Shown here piece by piece: positions 19,287 to 29,506 of a stretch of 64,000 bases of DNA; position 1 is the first letter of the stretch, and each line of letters opens with the position of its first letter. The notes beneath the pieces are model-generated. The model searched no databases. It saw only the letters and a list, made by a program, of their open reading frames with translations, and was not told the origin of the DNA. Made by a program: the position numbers and the translations under genes. Origin of the DNA: Bacteroidaceae bacterium (GTDB taxonomy: Bacteria; Bacteroidota; Bacteroidia; Bacteroidales; Bacteroidaceae); assembly GCA_017651315.1 (NCBI GenBank), contig JAGCDE010000056.1, forward strand, positions 49,474-113,473. Direction: 5' to 3'.

Positions 19287-19693
19287 ATTTCCAAGGCGCA
19301 GTTCTCGGCAGCCTCCATCAAGGCTCTTTCTCCGCGCCCCTTGTCATTGATGCCGCACAGGTGCAGCACCCCATGTATGATCACTCTCATAAGTTCACTG
19401 TCGTATGACGTGCGGAACTTCACGCTGTTACTCCGGACCGTATCCAGACTGATGAACATGTCACCGCTCACCACCCCCGGCTCACTGTAGTCAAAGGTGA
19501 TTATGTCAGTATAGTAGTCATGTCCAAGGAACTCCCTGTTCACCTCCAGGATACGTTCATCGTTACAGAAGATATAATTCAGATTCCCCACCTTGCGGCC
19601 ATCATAGGTGGCTGCCACGGCAGTTATCCAGGTCCTGACCCTTTTACGGTCCAGCTCAGGCATCTTTATGTTCTCTGTCAGGAATGAAATCAT
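19262..19693 (-). CDS. ybeY: rRNA maturation RNase YbeY
   Basis: The zinc-binding motif is IIHGVLHLCGINDKG. I trimmed the start from 19783 to MISFLTEN (ATG 19691-19693), downstream of the preceding gene's stop at 19704. Confidence 0.85.
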   Translation of the reverse strand: MISFLTENIKMPELDRKRVRTWITAVAATYDGRKVGNLNYIFCNDERILEVNREFLGHDYYTDIITFDYSEPGVVSGDMFISLDTVRSNSVKFRTSYDSELMRVIIHGVLHLCGINDKGRGERALMEAAENCALEMWKNKTIR

Positions 19694-19703
19694 AGTCTTA
19701 AAT

Positions 19704-20930
19704 TCACGCAAAGAAAAGATACGCCAGGAATATTGCAGCCAATATCCCTGCCAGATCAGCAAGCAGTCCGCATCCCACCGCATAACGGGTATTCCTGATG
19801 TTCACGCTACCGAAATATACAGCCAAGATATAGAACGTGGTATCTGTCGAGCCCTGGAACAGGCAGGCCAGACGTCCGGTGAAAGAATCGGGCCCGTAGG
19901 CGGTCATGGCATCTATCATCAGACCACGTGCCCCACCGCCTGAGAGCGGTTTCATGAGAGCAGTGGGCAACGCCCCCACAAACTGGCTGTCCAGACCGCA
20001 TTTCCCGGCACACCATCCTATCCCGTTCACCAAGGCATCCATCGCTCCAGATGCACGGAACACACCTATGCCCACAAGAATTGCAATCAGGTAAGGAATG
20101 ATCTTGATGGCCGTGGTGAATCCGTCCTTGGCTCCCTCCACAAAAGCCTCATACACATTTATCTTTCCTTTTATGCCGGATATGATAAATCCTATTATCA
20201 CCACAAACAGTATGATGTTGGCTGCCGATGTGGAAACCGGTCCTATCTTTACTGCAGGAAGCTGCGAGAAACCCCAGATAATCAGCGCCACTATCGCACT
20301 CAGTCCGCCCACAAACAGTATCAGCACCTTGTCGAAGCGTATCTTCTGCATGAAACAGGTGACCAGCAGGCCAACCAGCGTCGAGAAGAATGTGGCAAGA
20401 AGAATGGGGATGAACACATCAGCCGGCTGTGCGGCACCCATCTGCGCGCGATACACCAGCACGCTTACCGGAATCAGCGTAAGACCTGATGTATTCAGCA
20501 CCAGGAACATTATCATGGGATTTGAAGCCACATCCTTTGTCTTGTTCAGCTCCTGCATGCGTTCCATTGCCTTCAGGCCCATTGGAGTGGCAGCGTTGTC
20601 AAGGCCAAGCATATTGGCGGCAATGTTCATGAAGATATGGCCGTATGCGGGGTCATTCTTTGGCAGGTCAGGGAACAGGCGTGAGAACACGGGGCTCAGC
20701 CAGCGGGCAAAGGTACTCACCAGTCCGCCTTTCTCGCCAATCTTCATTATTCCCAGCCACAGCGAAAGCACACCGGTAAGTCCCAGCGAAATCTCAAAGC
20801 CCGTCTTGGCCGATGAGAACGTGGAGTCCATGATGTCCTGAAACACGCTTGCATCGCCCATGCAGAGCTTTACCACAGCCACCGCAAAGGCAATCAGAAA
20901 GAATGCGACCCATATCCAGTTCAGTACCAT
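19704..20930 (-). CDS. nucleoside-recognition-domain membrane protein (fused SpmA/SpmB-like)
   Basis: This is a 408-aa polytopic membrane protein. MVLNWIWVAFFLIAFAVA... and GLTGVLSLWLGIMKIGEKGG are typical of the SpmA/SpmB Gate-domain family. Confidence 0.7.
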   Translation of the reverse strand: MVLNWIWVAFFLIAFAVAVVKLCMGDASVFQDIMDSTFSSAKTGFEISLGLTGVLSLWLGIMKIGEKGGLVSTFARWLSPVFSRLFPDLPKNDPAYGHIFMNIAANMLGLDNAATPMGLKAMERMQELNKTKDVASNPMIMFLVLNTSGLTLIPVSVLVYRAQMGAAQPADVFIPILLATFFSTLVGLLVTCFMQKIRFDKVLILFVGGLSAIVALIIWGFSQLPAVKIGPVSTSAANIILFVVIIGFIISGIKGKINVYEAFVEGAKDGFTTAIKIIPYLIAILVGIGVFRASGAMDALVNGIGWCAGKCGLDSQFVGALPTALMKPLSGGGARGLMIDAMTAYGPDSFTGRLACLFQGSTDTTFYILAVYFGSVNIRNTRYAVGCGLLADLAGILAAIFLAYLFFA

Positions 20931-21145
20931 ACGTGCACGTACGATTATTACCCGCGAAGATACTATTTTTCACGGGACTCTCTCTACACTAAAGCCTCAT
21001 TTTATGCTTTTTTGTTAAATGAGGTTTTTCAGGGGGGACAGAAGGGGATAGTGGAATGGGAAGTCCTCTTCCACTATTTCCGGTATCTTTCATGATGACT
21101 GTCTTTCCCTCGAAAATTCGCTGATTCCGGTTGTCAGTCTCGTCG

Positions 21146-22720
21146 TTACTTTGCCCAGGCGCGTCCTTCAGGCGTGCGGCGCCACTCGAAATATTTGTCA
21201 AGCACCTTTAGGGAACTTTCACTGGGTACGGGACCGACGTGAGGAACGGGGCCGGTAAGAACCATCACCTGCGGATTGGCATTGTCAAACTCAGGCCAGA
21301 CAGGGAGGTTGGAGTCAGGTCCATTGGGTGTGCCGTACTTGGCAAAGTTGAGCCAGTAGGTCCCCATTGCATCGGAGAGGGCGGCATCGGAGGCTGGCTG
21401 TTCTGAGCGCGGGCCTATGTGCTGGAACACGAAGGACACCTCCTGGCCGTGAGGAGAACCGTTACCGTAACGGGGGCTGCCTTCGGGATAGTCCGGATGC
21501 TGGTCAAAATAGTAGAGGAACACCTTGGATTTGCCTGTCTGTTTCTGCAAGCGGGCCCAGCTCCAGGTGTGCCAGCCGAAAGCGGCATCACGCATCAGGT
21601 CACGGGCAGTCTTGCCTATGCGCCCGTTCTCCATGGGGTATGCCTCAAGCAGGGCATCGGCGAACTTGCCGTAACGTGCCTCCACGTCACGGCGGTGTGA
21701 TTCGGGAGTGGCCGGACCGCCGAACGAGAAACTGGCACCCTCATCGGAGTTGTACCCTATGAGCACATCCACATCATTGTACTTGCCTTGAGTGTATAGT
21801 TCGAACTGGTCACCGGGTATTACATAACCATCCACTATGGGCCATGCACCGCCTCCGCTCATACCTATGGGCAGGAATGTCTTTGCATCGAGCTTGCGCA
21901 GCTCCTCAAGATTTCTGGCTCCGAGCCTTTCGGCAACTGCCATACAACCCTTCTCGGCCTGCTCAAGTGTCTGCATGTTCTCACCGGGATAAGTAGTGGG
22001 GCGTGCGGGACCGAATGAACCGCCGCTCTCCGATATAGCACCGCGGAACAACCCCTTGGCTAACGGTGAAGCGCAGAGCATGCTCACAGAGATACCGCCG
22101 GCACTCTCACCGAATATGGTCACCTTGGCAGGGTCACCGCCGAACTTGGCTATATTGCGCTGTATCCACTGGAGGCCGGCAATCTGGTCCAGCAGGCCAT
22201 AGTTACCCGATGTGTGGCTGGGACTTTCGGCATCCAGTTCAGGATGCGAGAAGAATCCCATCTGTCCAACGCGATAGTTGATGCTGGCCATAATGATGCC
22301 ACCCTTGCGTGCCAATGCCTCACAGTCATAGCTGGGATCAGCGGTATTGCCCATTGAGAATCCGCCACCGTATATCCATACAAGTACAGGCAGTTTCTCA
22401 CCTGCGCTCTCAGCAGGACTCCAGATATTCAGATAGAGGCAGTCCTCGCTGTAGTCATTAGGGTTACCGTTCTGCATGGGGCCGGGACCGAATTTGGTGG
22501 CATCCTTCACGCCCTCCCATTTCTGTACGGGCTGCGGTGCTTTCCAACGCAAATCACCGACCGGCGGTGCTGCGAACGGAATACCTTTATATACTGCAAG
22601 GCCGTCAGTGACAGTCCCCTGTATCCAACCGCCTTCAACCTTGACCTTACCCGGCTCACTCTTGGAGCAAGCACAGAATACGCACAAGACAAGTGCCAAA
22701 ACAACAACTCTGTTCTTCAT
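21146..22720 (-). CDS. carboxylesterase type B family lipoprotein
   Basis: The nucleophile elbow is TIFGESAGGISV, and LPVLVWIYGGGF and EDCLYLNIW are also present. I trimmed the start from 22891 to MKNRVVVLALVLCVFCACSK (ATG 22718-22720), which is a lipoprotein-type signal. Confidence 0.85.
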   Translation of the reverse strand: MKNRVVVLALVLCVFCACSKSEPGKVKVEGGWIQGTVTDGLAVYKGIPFAAPPVGDLRWKAPQPVQKWEGVKDATKFGPGPMQNGNPNDYSEDCLYLNIWSPAESAGEKLPVLVWIYGGGFSMGNTADPSYDCEALARKGGIIMASINYRVGQMGFFSHPELDAESPSHTSGNYGLLDQIAGLQWIQRNIAKFGGDPAKVTIFGESAGGISVSMLCASPLAKGLFRGAISESGGSFGPARPTTYPGENMQTLEQAEKGCMAVAERLGARNLEELRKLDAKTFLPIGMSGGGAWPIVDGYVIPGDQFELYTQGKYNDVDVLIGYNSDEGASFSFGGPATPESHRRDVEARYGKFADALLEAYPMENGRIGKTARDLMRDAAFGWHTWSWARLQKQTGKSKVFLYYFDQHPDYPEGSPRYGNGSPHGQEVSFVFQHIGPRSEQPASDAALSDAMGTYWLNFAKYGTPNGPDSNLPVWPEFDNANPQVMVLTGPVPHVGPVPSESSLKVLDKYFEWRRTPEGRAWAK

Positions 22721-22745
22721 ATCCTTCCTTATTTTATACAATATG

Positions 22746-22753
22746 CAAATGTA
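22746..22753 (-). promoter_or_regulatory. candidate -7 promoter element (TACATTTG) for the esterase gene
   Basis: The minus strand reads TACATTTG 25 nt upstream of the trimmed ATG at 22720. There is no clean -33 element. Confidence 0.35.
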
Positions 22754-22787
22754 ATAACTAATTTCGCAATAGAAAACAGCGGAACGG

Positions 22788-23333
22788 ATGGAAGAAATCA
22801 AAATCAGGAAAGCTACGAAAGCCGATGCACGATTCATTGCCGAAAACGTGCTGCGGGCACTCCATATAGAAGAGGCCGGGGATGAGCACATTGAGCATCT
22901 GGCCGGAATATGCGGCCGTGAGGATACACTCTACAGTTGGAAGAATGCCGTAATAGCTCTTTATGACGGAGTTCCTGCCGGACTGATGATAGCTTACGAC
23001 GGAGCCCGGTACCGAAGGATGCGAGACTTGACATTCCCCATGATAGGAAGGTATGTGGGTGACGACTATCCCTTGATGGACGATGAAGCCTGCGCCGGAG
23101 AGTTCTATCTCGATTCACTCGCCGTGCTCCCGGAATTCCGCAACAAAGGGATAGCATCGGCTTTAATCCGGGAGATGTTCCGCCTGCGTGATGAGGCAGG
23201 TATCCCGCTGGCCACCATAGCCGTAGATCCCGCAAACGACACAGCCTACCGCCTCTACACCGGCAAAGGTTTCCGTCACGACGGCCAAATCACAGTATTC
23301 GGAACCACATACGACCGTCTTGTTTGCCGTTAA
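22788..23333 (+). CDS. GNAT family N-acetyltransferase
   Basis: 181 aa. LAVLPEFRNKGIASALIRE is the acetyl-CoA-binding R/Q-x-x-G-x-G/A-type motif A, and NDTAYRLYTGKGF is motif B-like. Confidence 0.75.
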   Translation: MEEIKIRKATKADARFIAENVLRALHIEEAGDEHIEHLAGICGREDTLYSWKNAVIALYDGVPAGLMIAYDGARYRRMRDLTFPMIGRYVGDDYPLMDDEACAGEFYLDSLAVLPEFRNKGIASALIREMFRLRDEAGIPLATIAVDPANDTAYRLYTGKGFRHDGQITVFGTTYDRLVCR

Positions 23334-23369
23334 ATAGCTTCCTTATTTCCCTACAGTGCTCTCAGACAA

Positions 23370-26300
23370 CTATTCAACTGTCAGTGTAGCCGAAGACGTA
23401 GTTGCGCGGAATGCGGGAGCATAGAGGCACTGCATCACGGCGATACCTTCCTGGAAACGTCCCGGTTTCTGCACGTTCACTTCATATTCGATACGGTAGC
23501 TCCCCTTGCTCAGACGGTCTATGTAGAACACGTTACGGGTATTGCCGGGAGCGGCATAATAGCCTATGTCATCACGCCAGTTGTAACTGTAACCGGCTGC
23601 CGTGCTTACAGGCTCCATAGTGGCGGCACGCATATCGGACAGCTGCAGATACTCCAGGTTGCGGTCTGTCGTAAGATCGAACTGAATGCGCAACAGATCA
23701 CCTACACGCAGCTTAGTGCCGGCACGTACCTCCTCAAGACGGTCGCCGTCCGCATCCTTCACCACACGCCATACAGTGCGCTTGAGCGTCATTCCGTTTT
23801 CCGAATGCTCCACCTTGTCCATCTCCTCAGTGAACGACCTATAGACGGCACCCCAGCTGATACCCGGAGTCCTGCTCTCTACAGTGACATCGGCCTTGTC
23901 CCTGCCAATGGGACCCTCCCAGATATGTGTGGTATATCCGGCTGTAGCCTTGGAATCCGATGCCTTCACCGCATCCTTTCCCACATATATGGTAATGTCC
24001 GGATCCGATTCCAGCTGGACATTGCCGCCGGTAGCCATGAGGGCAGTTACGGCAGCTGCGGTGGCAGGTGATGAACACCAGCCTGTAGTCTGTTTCTGTT
24101 TGAGCAGCCAGCGGGCAGCCTCCACCGCCTCAGTCCTGTTTCCTGTGGCAAGCAGGGTTCGGATAATCAGTGCCTGTGTCTCTATGGGAGCCTCATGCCA
24201 GAGCAGTCCGCCTTCGTTGTCGCGCCAGTAACGTCCCATTTCATCGTCATACAGAGAGCGTTCAAGCAATGTGGCGGCTATGTGCTTAGCCTCATCGTCC
24301 TTACCCTGACGGGCCATCAGAAGAGCCAGCTCAGCCCTGAAATAGAGGCTCAGGTTATGGGTGTCCTCTATCTCGGCAAGACGCAGGAAATATGTATAGC
24401 TTGAGCGCGTTGTGCCACTGAACGGATACGAAGTGAAATACGAGCGCGTCATAAGATAACTCAACTCATTGTACCCCAGCGATTCCGGCTTATGCTCCAC
24501 ATTATACACCTTATAGAAATATGCGTCCATGTAGTCCAGACCCTTCCGGATCATCTCCCTTATTTCAGGAGTGACATCCACTACACCGTTCTCTATAAGC
24601 AGCCCGAGCCCCTGAAGGATCTCATCGGTGATGTGCAGGCTGGAGGGACATCCGTCAATCCATGGCCAGCCGCCGTCAGACTGCTGTGCACCACGCAGTC
24701 TGTCAAGAGCCTCCTGCATGGCGCGGGCCGTCTCCTCCGTTCCGAGAGCTTTGGCTAATGAATGAAGGCGGTCCCTCTCGCTGTTTGAACTGCGCAGCCA
24801 GGGAGTCTCCTCAAGCAGTGTGGAGGTTAATTTCTGGTTACGCTCCAGCTGGGTCTGCCACTCCGATGCAGGCAGCGCGGCCCACTCGTCAAGCATCTGA
24901 CGTATGGTGGGGTATCGGCTGTTCAGGTCATTGGATATGGCTGCACCCATATAGCTGTGGAACAGACGCAGGTTACTGGGATCATCCACCCGTATCATCG
25001 AGGGCAGAGCCTGGATTGCATACCAGATTGGGCTTGCGCTGTATTCAAGGGTGAGCTGCTCGTCGGCAATTGTGGATGAACGTGTCTTGTCCAGATCACC
25101 GAAACGGAACGTCCGTTTCTCATTGCCGTTATTGAACAATGACAACGCCTGCACCACCTGAGTACGGTTCGAGAGCACAGGGATGGTCTCCTGCATCCCG
25201 TCGCTGTGGTCAGTAGTCTGAGCTGTGATACGATAGGTAACTGCTGTAAGTCCGGCAGGCACATTAATTGTAAACCCGGTGCCGGCATTGCCTCCGGCAG
25301 TAACAGAAATGGTCTTGGACCGGGCACCCTCGATAATACCGAGAGCCTTGCCTGTCACGGCATCGGTAAACGTGAGGGTCACCTTCGCCTTGACGGCTTC
25401 ATCGGTCAGGTTACTCACCTTGACTGTAAACTCCATGCGGTCGCCCTGACGGAGGAAACGCGGAGCAGCCGGCTCAACCATAATCTGCCTGCGGGTTATC
25501 AGAGTCCGTTGCAGACTGCCAGTCTGCAGCGAATCCGTGAACGCGAATCCCTGGAGTTTCCAGCGTGTGAGCAGCTGCGGGGCAGTGAACCTGAGACAGG
25601 CCACACCTGCGGAATCAGTAGTGAGATACTCGAACAGCCCCGTGGGGTTCATGTCAGTACGCAGGGCGACTGGCGCCAGCTCCCCTGTATCATCATTGAC
25701 GGCAGGGGCTTCAGCCGAACCCAGGGTGCTCTCAGGAACATAAGAATCATCCATCACCATGAATACGGCTTCTTCAAACACCTCTTCAGATTCTTCAGAC
25801 ACAGCCATCTGATTCACAGCAGCACTCTTCATCATGGCTGACCCTCTCAGATTGACCGCACCACGTGACAACCGCCTTGGCATGTAGTACTCGAACGGAT
25901 CTATCAGAATACCTGTGATTGCCTTCTTGCCTGTATATTCCTTTTCCTTGCCCAAGCTGTGGTTCCAAGGGAGGTAATACCCGAAATAGCGGTTTTCCGC
26001 TCTCATTATGTCATCCGGCGACACAAAAACCGGATTCCATGGCGAGAAAAGGAAGTTGTGTAATCCGTAACGGTCCAAAGCAGTGTCATACATGTCCATA
26101 AGGACAGCTGCTGTCACCGGATTGCCCTTCTTGTCGGTAACACGGACTGTCCACTCTTCCTTACTGTCAGGTTCAAGCATATCCCGGAAGGTCTCCAGTT
26201 CCATGTCAAGCTGCTTTTCCCTGTTTTCCACCATATATGAAAGACTCATGCTCCTGCTGACTCCCTCATACGCCAGGCCAAGTTCCACGGCGAACATTCC

Positions 26301-29300
26301 TGTCATCTCACTGGTCACCGGAATCCGCAGGGTCTGCTGTTTTCCCTCCGTAGCGACCGACCCCCGGCCGCACATACCGAACCTGTCCTCAACGAAATAG
26401 TGTATTACTGCACCCGGCAGACAGCTCGCCACCCTCAAGGTTACAGTGTCACCCACTTCGGCCGTAAGGTCGTAACTATTGGCTTCCGAACACCACAGAT
26501 ACTCCGTACCAGGAATATAAATGTTGTCATTTTTCTTAACAATAGTCCGGTAATCCTCAAAATCGTAAGCACCGTCCGAAGTGGCACGTATCAGATAGGT
26601 TCCGGACTCCAGTCCGTTGACCATGATGACAGTGCCCTTCTCTCCGCCGTCAATGTCAACCGTCTCGTCAAAGACCGTCTCCGCAATCTGAGGCTCCTCC
26701 CCGAATCCGAAATCATACTTCGGGAAACGTTCTCTCAGGTTCTGGTTCTCCACACACTCTGACAGCTCTTTTACAGCCTTGCTCACTGTCTTGTTACCGG
26801 AGGTTCTCACCGGAACCGGCAAATTCCGGTTCATTCCGGGAACGTTGAAAGGAAGCGGCAGCCCCTTCAATGAAGGTACAATCCTGGAAACCGAGACATG
26901 AACCTTTCCCTTGACGGGATTATTATGGAAAAGTTTCACCGTCATTTCGCATCCAGTATCGGGACCGCTATGGACGGTTTTCGAGACAATGTCAATAACT
27001 TTCTTAACACCTACACTGACACGGATATTCCTGTCATGAGTCTCCCCGTTAAGGTCCGTTACGGTAACTGACACATTAAGGCTGCAATTGTCGTTCATAA
27101 GGATATCGCCCGGAACAGTGACAGGTATGGAGAACGAGCCGTCGGGGCCTGTCTTCAACTCACCTGCATCTATCCTGACCCTGCCGTTGTCATCCCGGAT
27201 ACGGAACGGGTGAAGCAGATAAGGCTCCACTCCCGCATTCCAGAGCACAGTCGCTCCCTCAACCGGAACACCTGTGAAGGTGACAGCCCTGCCTGAAACC
27301 GTGAAAGGACGGTCCAGCTCGGCAGCTTCCGTCATATTGTCCATCATTATCTCGAATTTGGGCTGGCGGAACGATTCAACGTTTATTGCACTGCTCGTCT
27401 GGAAATCCCACCCATCATCATTGCACCTGAGAACCAGAGTGGCTCTGCCCGGCACAATGTTCTCAGGTATCCTGAAACTTCCTTTCACCACACCCATGCT
27501 GTCCGTTGTCAGAGAGATGCGCTCAAACACCTTATAGTTGATGTCCCTGATCTGAATCTCAGTTTCCAGGTTCTTCAGAACAAGTCCTTTGTCATATCCG
27601 TCCGATGAATATGCTATACCCGTGAAACGGACTGAATCACCCGGAAGATATGTGAAACGGTCGGTATATAGTCGGGCTATGCCACGGACAGGCATATCGC
27701 TCACCCAGGGAATGCTGAAAGAGCAGTTGCCCTTGCTGCCGCTGTTGTCCAGCTCCATCAGGTAACGGCCGTTGCGCAGTCCCTCAAGGGAGATGAATCC
27801 GTCATCGGCAGAGAAGCCCTCTGCGGCCACCCTCACCTGTTCGTCCTGGTTGTTCAGCTGCCACACCGTATATCGGCACGAGGGTATGGCAGTACCGGAT
27901 TTGATATTGACGGTAACCCCCGAAAGCGCACCGCTGCCCGAGATCATGCGTGCCAGTCCTATGCTGTTGCACTCCACATACTCGTATGCTATGCAGTCTC
28001 CACTGTTGAAATACTGACCGGTCGATGCCAGCAGATAGTATTTACCCTGCATTACAGGAGGAATCTCCACTATGGTATAATGCTCCAGCCAGTCACCGGG
28101 ATTGTTCACCCTTACGCTCCACTCCGCCACCGGTGTCAGATAACCGAGTTCCGAAAGCATTGTCGTCTCGTCCTGCCGGTTGTCATATCTGCCTGTCACC
28201 TCGACCATCCTGAAATAGACAGTATTGACATTGGTATAAGTCAGCATGGCCATATTGCGTTCTCCGGGTACAAGGTCCCTGTCCTGCGAAATGGTAATCT
28301 GCCTTCTCTCTATCTGAGACAAAATCCTGAGGCATTCGAACGCCCCTTCACTCTTCGGCCATTTCTTCTGGGCATGGGCACAGATATCGTGCGCCGTCTT
28401 CTGAAGAGTCACCTGACGTGCAGGGTCGTCGGCGAATCCGGCTATCTGGTCCTCTATCATCTGTGCCGCCAAGGCATAGAACATGGAACTGAACTTGACC
28501 TTCTTCTCATAGCCTTGGCCCAGTGCCACCGCCCCATTTATCCATACATCAAGATTTTTCTTAAGTATTTCATCACCGTTCGATGTCAGATAATCGGAAA
28601 GCAGGCTCATCCTTCTCAAATCTACAGTCGATCTGATGGAGGGCTTAGAGCCCATGTTATGGAGAGTCAGACACTTCACCACATACAGTTCCCAAAGATC
28701 AGCGTCATCCGGTCCGAGGCTCTCCACTGCCTTGAGGAAATCATCGGCACTACCATAGAGACGGCTGTCATTCAGGAACGAACGTTTGCCTTTCACGAGA
28801 TTCCTGCCGGTCATGGGTGTTATGGCATTATCCATCAGCAGGTCCATCAGCAGGGGACGCAACTTGAGTCCATCCTTGTTTCCTCCGGGGAAGAATTCCT
28901 CGTAATAACTTGACCCCACATCACCGGCAAGCTTTATGGACTGGTCAAGATGATGGCAGATGGTATCGGTAATCATTTTGAAAGTCCACATCTCCAAAGG
29001 CGGATCAGCCAGGTCGGACGGGGACTGCCTCTGAAGGTTATAGGCGTTGTACTGCTTGTACTGCATATAACCTTTTGCAAGGAACGCATGACAAAGTGCC
29101 TGATGTTCCCTGACTTGAAGTTTGGGAAGCAGGGTCTTGAACAATTCTATACCATCTGTAGTACTGTTCTCACCGAATGACTGCTGCACACGGGTCAGAT
29201 AGACGGCACTCTTGAGCATCTGGCGGGAATCATTGTCCTTTGCCGCCATGTCCCAAATAAGGTTAATCTCCTCTGCAGCACTCTCGGGAAGATCCTTTTC

Positions 29301-29411
29301 GATAAGTTTGTCCACCTCTTTCCAGGCGCGGGAATACTTGTCCGCGCTGGCCGTAACAGTAGTCAGTGTCATAACGATAATCAAAAACGATAATCTGAAC
29401 AGGTATCTCAT
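23370..29411 (-). CDS. alpha-2-macroglobulin family protein (bacterial MG-domain giant protein), thioester motif absent
   Basis: 2013 aa with signal peptide ...TVTASADKY. The helical N-terminus (YSRAWKEVDKLIEKDLPESAAEEINLIWDMAAK) matches Bacteroidota A2M-like proteins as I remember them. The centre is long and beta-rich. The C-terminal alpha/alpha-toroid-like part includes QQSDGGWPW, RYWRDNEGGLLWHEAPIETQALIIRTL and QKQTTGWCSSPATAAAV. None of the Cys residues lies in a CxEQ context. Confidence 0.7.
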   Translation of the reverse strand: MRYLFRLSFLIIVMTLTTVTASADKYSRAWKEVDKLIEKDLPESAAEEINLIWDMAAKDNDSRQMLKSAVYLTRVQQSFGENSTTDGIELFKTLLPKLQVREHQALCHAFLAKGYMQYKQYNAYNLQRQSPSDLADPPLEMWTFKMITDTICHHLDQSIKLAGDVGSSYYEEFFPGGNKDGLKLRPLLMDLLMDNAITPMTGRNLVKGKRSFLNDSRLYGSADDFLKAVESLGPDDADLWELYVVKCLTLHNMGSKPSIRSTVDLRRMSLLSDYLTSNGDEILKKNLDVWINGAVALGQGYEKKVKFSSMFYALAAQMIEDQIAGFADDPARQVTLQKTAHDICAHAQKKWPKSEGAFECLRILSQIERRQITISQDRDLVPGERNMAMLTYTNVNTVYFRMVEVTGRYDNRQDETTMLSELGYLTPVAEWSVRVNNPGDWLEHYTIVEIPPVMQGKYYLLASTGQYFNSGDCIAYEYVECNSIGLARMISGSGALSGVTVNIKSGTAIPSCRYTVWQLNNQDEQVRVAAEGFSADDGFISLEGLRNGRYLMELDNSGSKGNCSFSIPWVSDMPVRGIARLYTDRFTYLPGDSVRFTGIAYSSDGYDKGLVLKNLETEIQIRDINYKVFERISLTTDSMGVVKGSFRIPENIVPGRATLVLRCNDDGWDFQTSSAINVESFRQPKFEIMMDNMTEAAELDRPFTVSGRAVTFTGVPVEGATVLWNAGVEPYLLHPFRIRDDNGRVRIDAGELKTGPDGSFSIPVTVPGDILMNDNCSLNVSVTVTDLNGETHDRNIRVSVGVKKVIDIVSKTVHSGPDTGCEMTVKLFHNNPVKGKVHVSVSRIVPSLKGLPLPFNVPGMNRNLPVPVRTSGNKTVSKAVKELSECVENQNLRERFPKYDFGFGEEPQIAETVFDETVDIDGGEKGTVIMVNGLESGTYLIRATSDGAYDFEDYRTIVKKNDNIYIPGTEYLWCSEANSYDLTAEVGDTVTLRVASCLPGAVIHYFVEDRFGMCGRGSVATEGKQQTLRIPVTSEMTGMFAVELGLAYEGVSRSMSLSYMVENREKQLDMELETFRDMLEPDSKEEWTVRVTDKKGNPVTAAVLMDMYDTALDRYGLHNFLFSPWNPVFVSPDDIMRAENRYFGYYLPWNHSLGKEKEYTGKKAITGILIDPFEYYMPRRLSRGAVNLRGSAMMKSAAVNQMAVSEESEEVFEEAVFMVMDDSYVPESTLGSAEAPAVNDDTGELAPVALRTDMNPTGLFEYLTTDSAGVACLRFTAPQLLTRWKLQGFAFTDSLQTGSLQRTLITRRQIMVEPAAPRFLRQGDRMEFTVKVSNLTDEAVKAKVTLTFTDAVTGKALGIIEGARSKTISVTAGGNAGTGFTINVPAGLTAVTYRITAQTTDHSDGMQETIPVLSNRTQVVQALSLFNNGNEKRTFRFGDLDKTRSSTIADEQLTLEYSASPIWYAIQALPSMIRVDDPSNLRLFHSYMGAAISNDLNSRYPTIRQMLDEWAALPASEWQTQLERNQKLTSTLLEETPWLRSSNSERDRLHSLAKALGTEETARAMQEALDRLRGAQQSDGGWPWIDGCPSSLHITDEILQGLGLLIENGVVDVTPEIREMIRKGLDYMDAYFYKVYNVEHKPESLGYNELSYLMTRSYFTSYPFSGTTRSSYTYFLRLAEIEDTHNLSLYFRAELALLMARQGKDDEAKHIAATLLERSLYDDEMGRYWRDNEGGLLWHEAPIETQALIIRTLLATGNRTEAVEAARWLLKQKQTTGWCSSPATAAAVTALMATGGNVQLESDPDITIYVGKDAVKASDSKATAGYTTHIWEGPIGRDKADVTVESRTPGISWGAVYRSFTEEMDKVEHSENGMTLKRTVWRVVKDADGDRLEEVRAGTKLRVGDLLRIQFDLTTDRNLEYLQLSDMRAATMEPVSTAAGYSYNWRDDIGYYAAPGNTRNVFYIDRLSKGSYRIEYEVNVQKPGRFQEGIAVMQCLYAPAFRATTSSATLTVE

Positions 29412-29506
29412 AAGCTCGCGATTTATTTGTTATTCCGGTTTATATATTCCGGAAAACCGCCCATGTTAATCTGCAAAGCGTTGCAAAAACGTTGCAAGTT
29501 TAAGAA

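Noticed and set aside
20951-20976. A hairpin CCCGCGAA...TTCACGGG whose stem sequence matches the stem of the 57599-57640 hairpin (CCCGCGAA...TTCGCGGG). This could indicate a dispersed repeat family.
   Set aside because: Only an 8-9-mer is shared. An 8-mer is expected about twice by chance in 128 kb of two-strand sequence, and the loops and flanks are unrelated.
20994-21030. A hairpin GCCTCATTT...AAATGAGGT followed by TTTTT on the plus strand. It looks like a plus-strand rho-independent terminator.
   Set aside because: There is no plus-strand gene or plausible small ORF upstream of it. On the minus strand, where the esterase gene ends, it lacks a U-tract. I cannot assign a function, and it may be fortuitous or an orphan sRNA terminator.
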